A stretch of DNA of 32,000 bases from Bacillus subtilis subsp. subtilis str. 168. Lineage in GTDB: Bacteria > Bacillota > Bacilli > Bacillales > Bacillaceae. Where the stretch lies: contig NC_000964.3 of assembly GCF_000009045.1 (NCBI RefSeq), positions 1,290,001 through 1,322,000 of the forward strand, given 5' to 3'. Below are positions 31,848 to 32,000 of the stretch, one piece after another; the first letter of the stretch is position 1, and every line of letters starts with the position of its first letter. The position numbers and the translations under genes are program-made. The notes below the pieces were generated by a model that was not told the origin of the DNA, did not search any database, and saw only the letters and a list, made by a program, of their open reading frames with translations.

Positions 31848-32000
31848 ATGTATCCGATCCAAATCGTTTTTAGTGAAAATCCCATAGATCAGCGCCATCT
31901 CGGACAATCCGGCGGCACCATTTCGTTTACCGCATGCGGCCTTCCGGTGTTTCACTTTGAAACGCAGGAACAGTTTCAAGCATACATGATGTTAAAAGGA
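31848..32000 (+). CDS. xkdB: PBSX protein XkdB, 5' fragment (runs off the window)
   Basis: ATG at 31848, 7 nt after AGGAGAG. Open to the window end: MYPIQIVFSENPIDQRHLGQSGGTISFTACGLPVFHFETQEQFQAYMMLKG. It is absent from the ORF track because no stop is reached. Confidence 0.75.
   Translation, partial: MYPIQIVFSENPIDQRHLGQSGGTISFTACGLPVFHFETQEQFQAYMMLKG

Larger units (their letters stand above)
30570..32000. mobile_element. Left (regulatory) end of defective prophage PBSX
   Basis: xkdA-xre on the minus strand, a divergent operator array, and the 5' end of xkdB. The gene order and proteins match PBSX as I remember it. The element continues beyond the window. Confidence 0.85.

Noticed and set aside
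31791-31979. 62-aa minus-strand ORF opposite the xkdB start
   Set aside because: It is antisense to the SD-led xkdB frame, would end in the operator array, and has no SD.
1-32000. Search for CRISPR arrays, tRNA/rRNA genes, IS elements or transposase genes, integrase genes and att-like long direct repeats
   Set aside because: I found none by reading. There is no repeat-spacer periodicity, no cloverleaf-like GC-rich 75-nt segment in the intergenic regions, and no transposase or recombinase ORF. PBSX end repeats cannot be assessed because the right end lies outside the window.

Overview
I recognise this window from the protein sequences as Bacillus subtilis 168-type chromosome, the yjhB -> xkdB interval. 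This is from memory; no search was possible.

Content, left to right:
1. A run of y-genes with poorly known physiological roles: NUDIX yjhB, small membrane protein yjiA, the P450 + GT1 glycosyltransferase operon yjiB-yjiC, a 62-aa Zn-ribbon protein, HemD-like yjjA, the FetAB-like ABC pair yjkB-yjkA, and the divergent pair yjlA/yjlB.
2. yjlC-ndh (DUF1641 protein + type-2 NADH dehydrogenase), preceded by a Rex box.
3. The 10-gene hexuronate (exu) locus uxaC-yjmB-yjmC-yjmD-uxuA-yjmF-exuT-exuR-uxaB-uxaA, with its promoter, a 26-bp palindromic operator and cre-type sites.
4. yjnA, yjoA and the AAA+ ATPase yjoB, which has a sigma-W-type promoter.
5. The rapA-phrA quorum cassette with ComA and Spo0A boxes.
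6. A phage-flavoured flank: yjpA, xlyB, yjqA, yjqB, yjqC.
7. The left regulatory end of defective prophage PBSX: xkdA with a LexA box, xre, four 15-bp Xre operators, and the 5' end of xkdB.

I call 36 CDS. I saw no rRNA, tRNA, CRISPR array or IS element. Fourteen ORF-track starts look N-terminally over-extended, and I reset them using Shine-Dalgarno (SD) spacing.

Nothing here looks foreign to this well-studied genome, so I do not claim a brand-new system with confidence. The best candidates for under-described biology are:
- the SOS-wired ImmA-like/Xre switch at the PBSX edge;
- the phage-derived genes lying outside the canonical PBSX border;
- the uncharacterised yjmB-yjmC-yjmD module embedded in the exu operon;
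- the P450-glycosyltransferase operon with a strongly SD-led 16-codon upstream ORF;
- the orphan AAA+ yjoB;
- the conserved yjlC-ndh pair with an unusually long upstream region.
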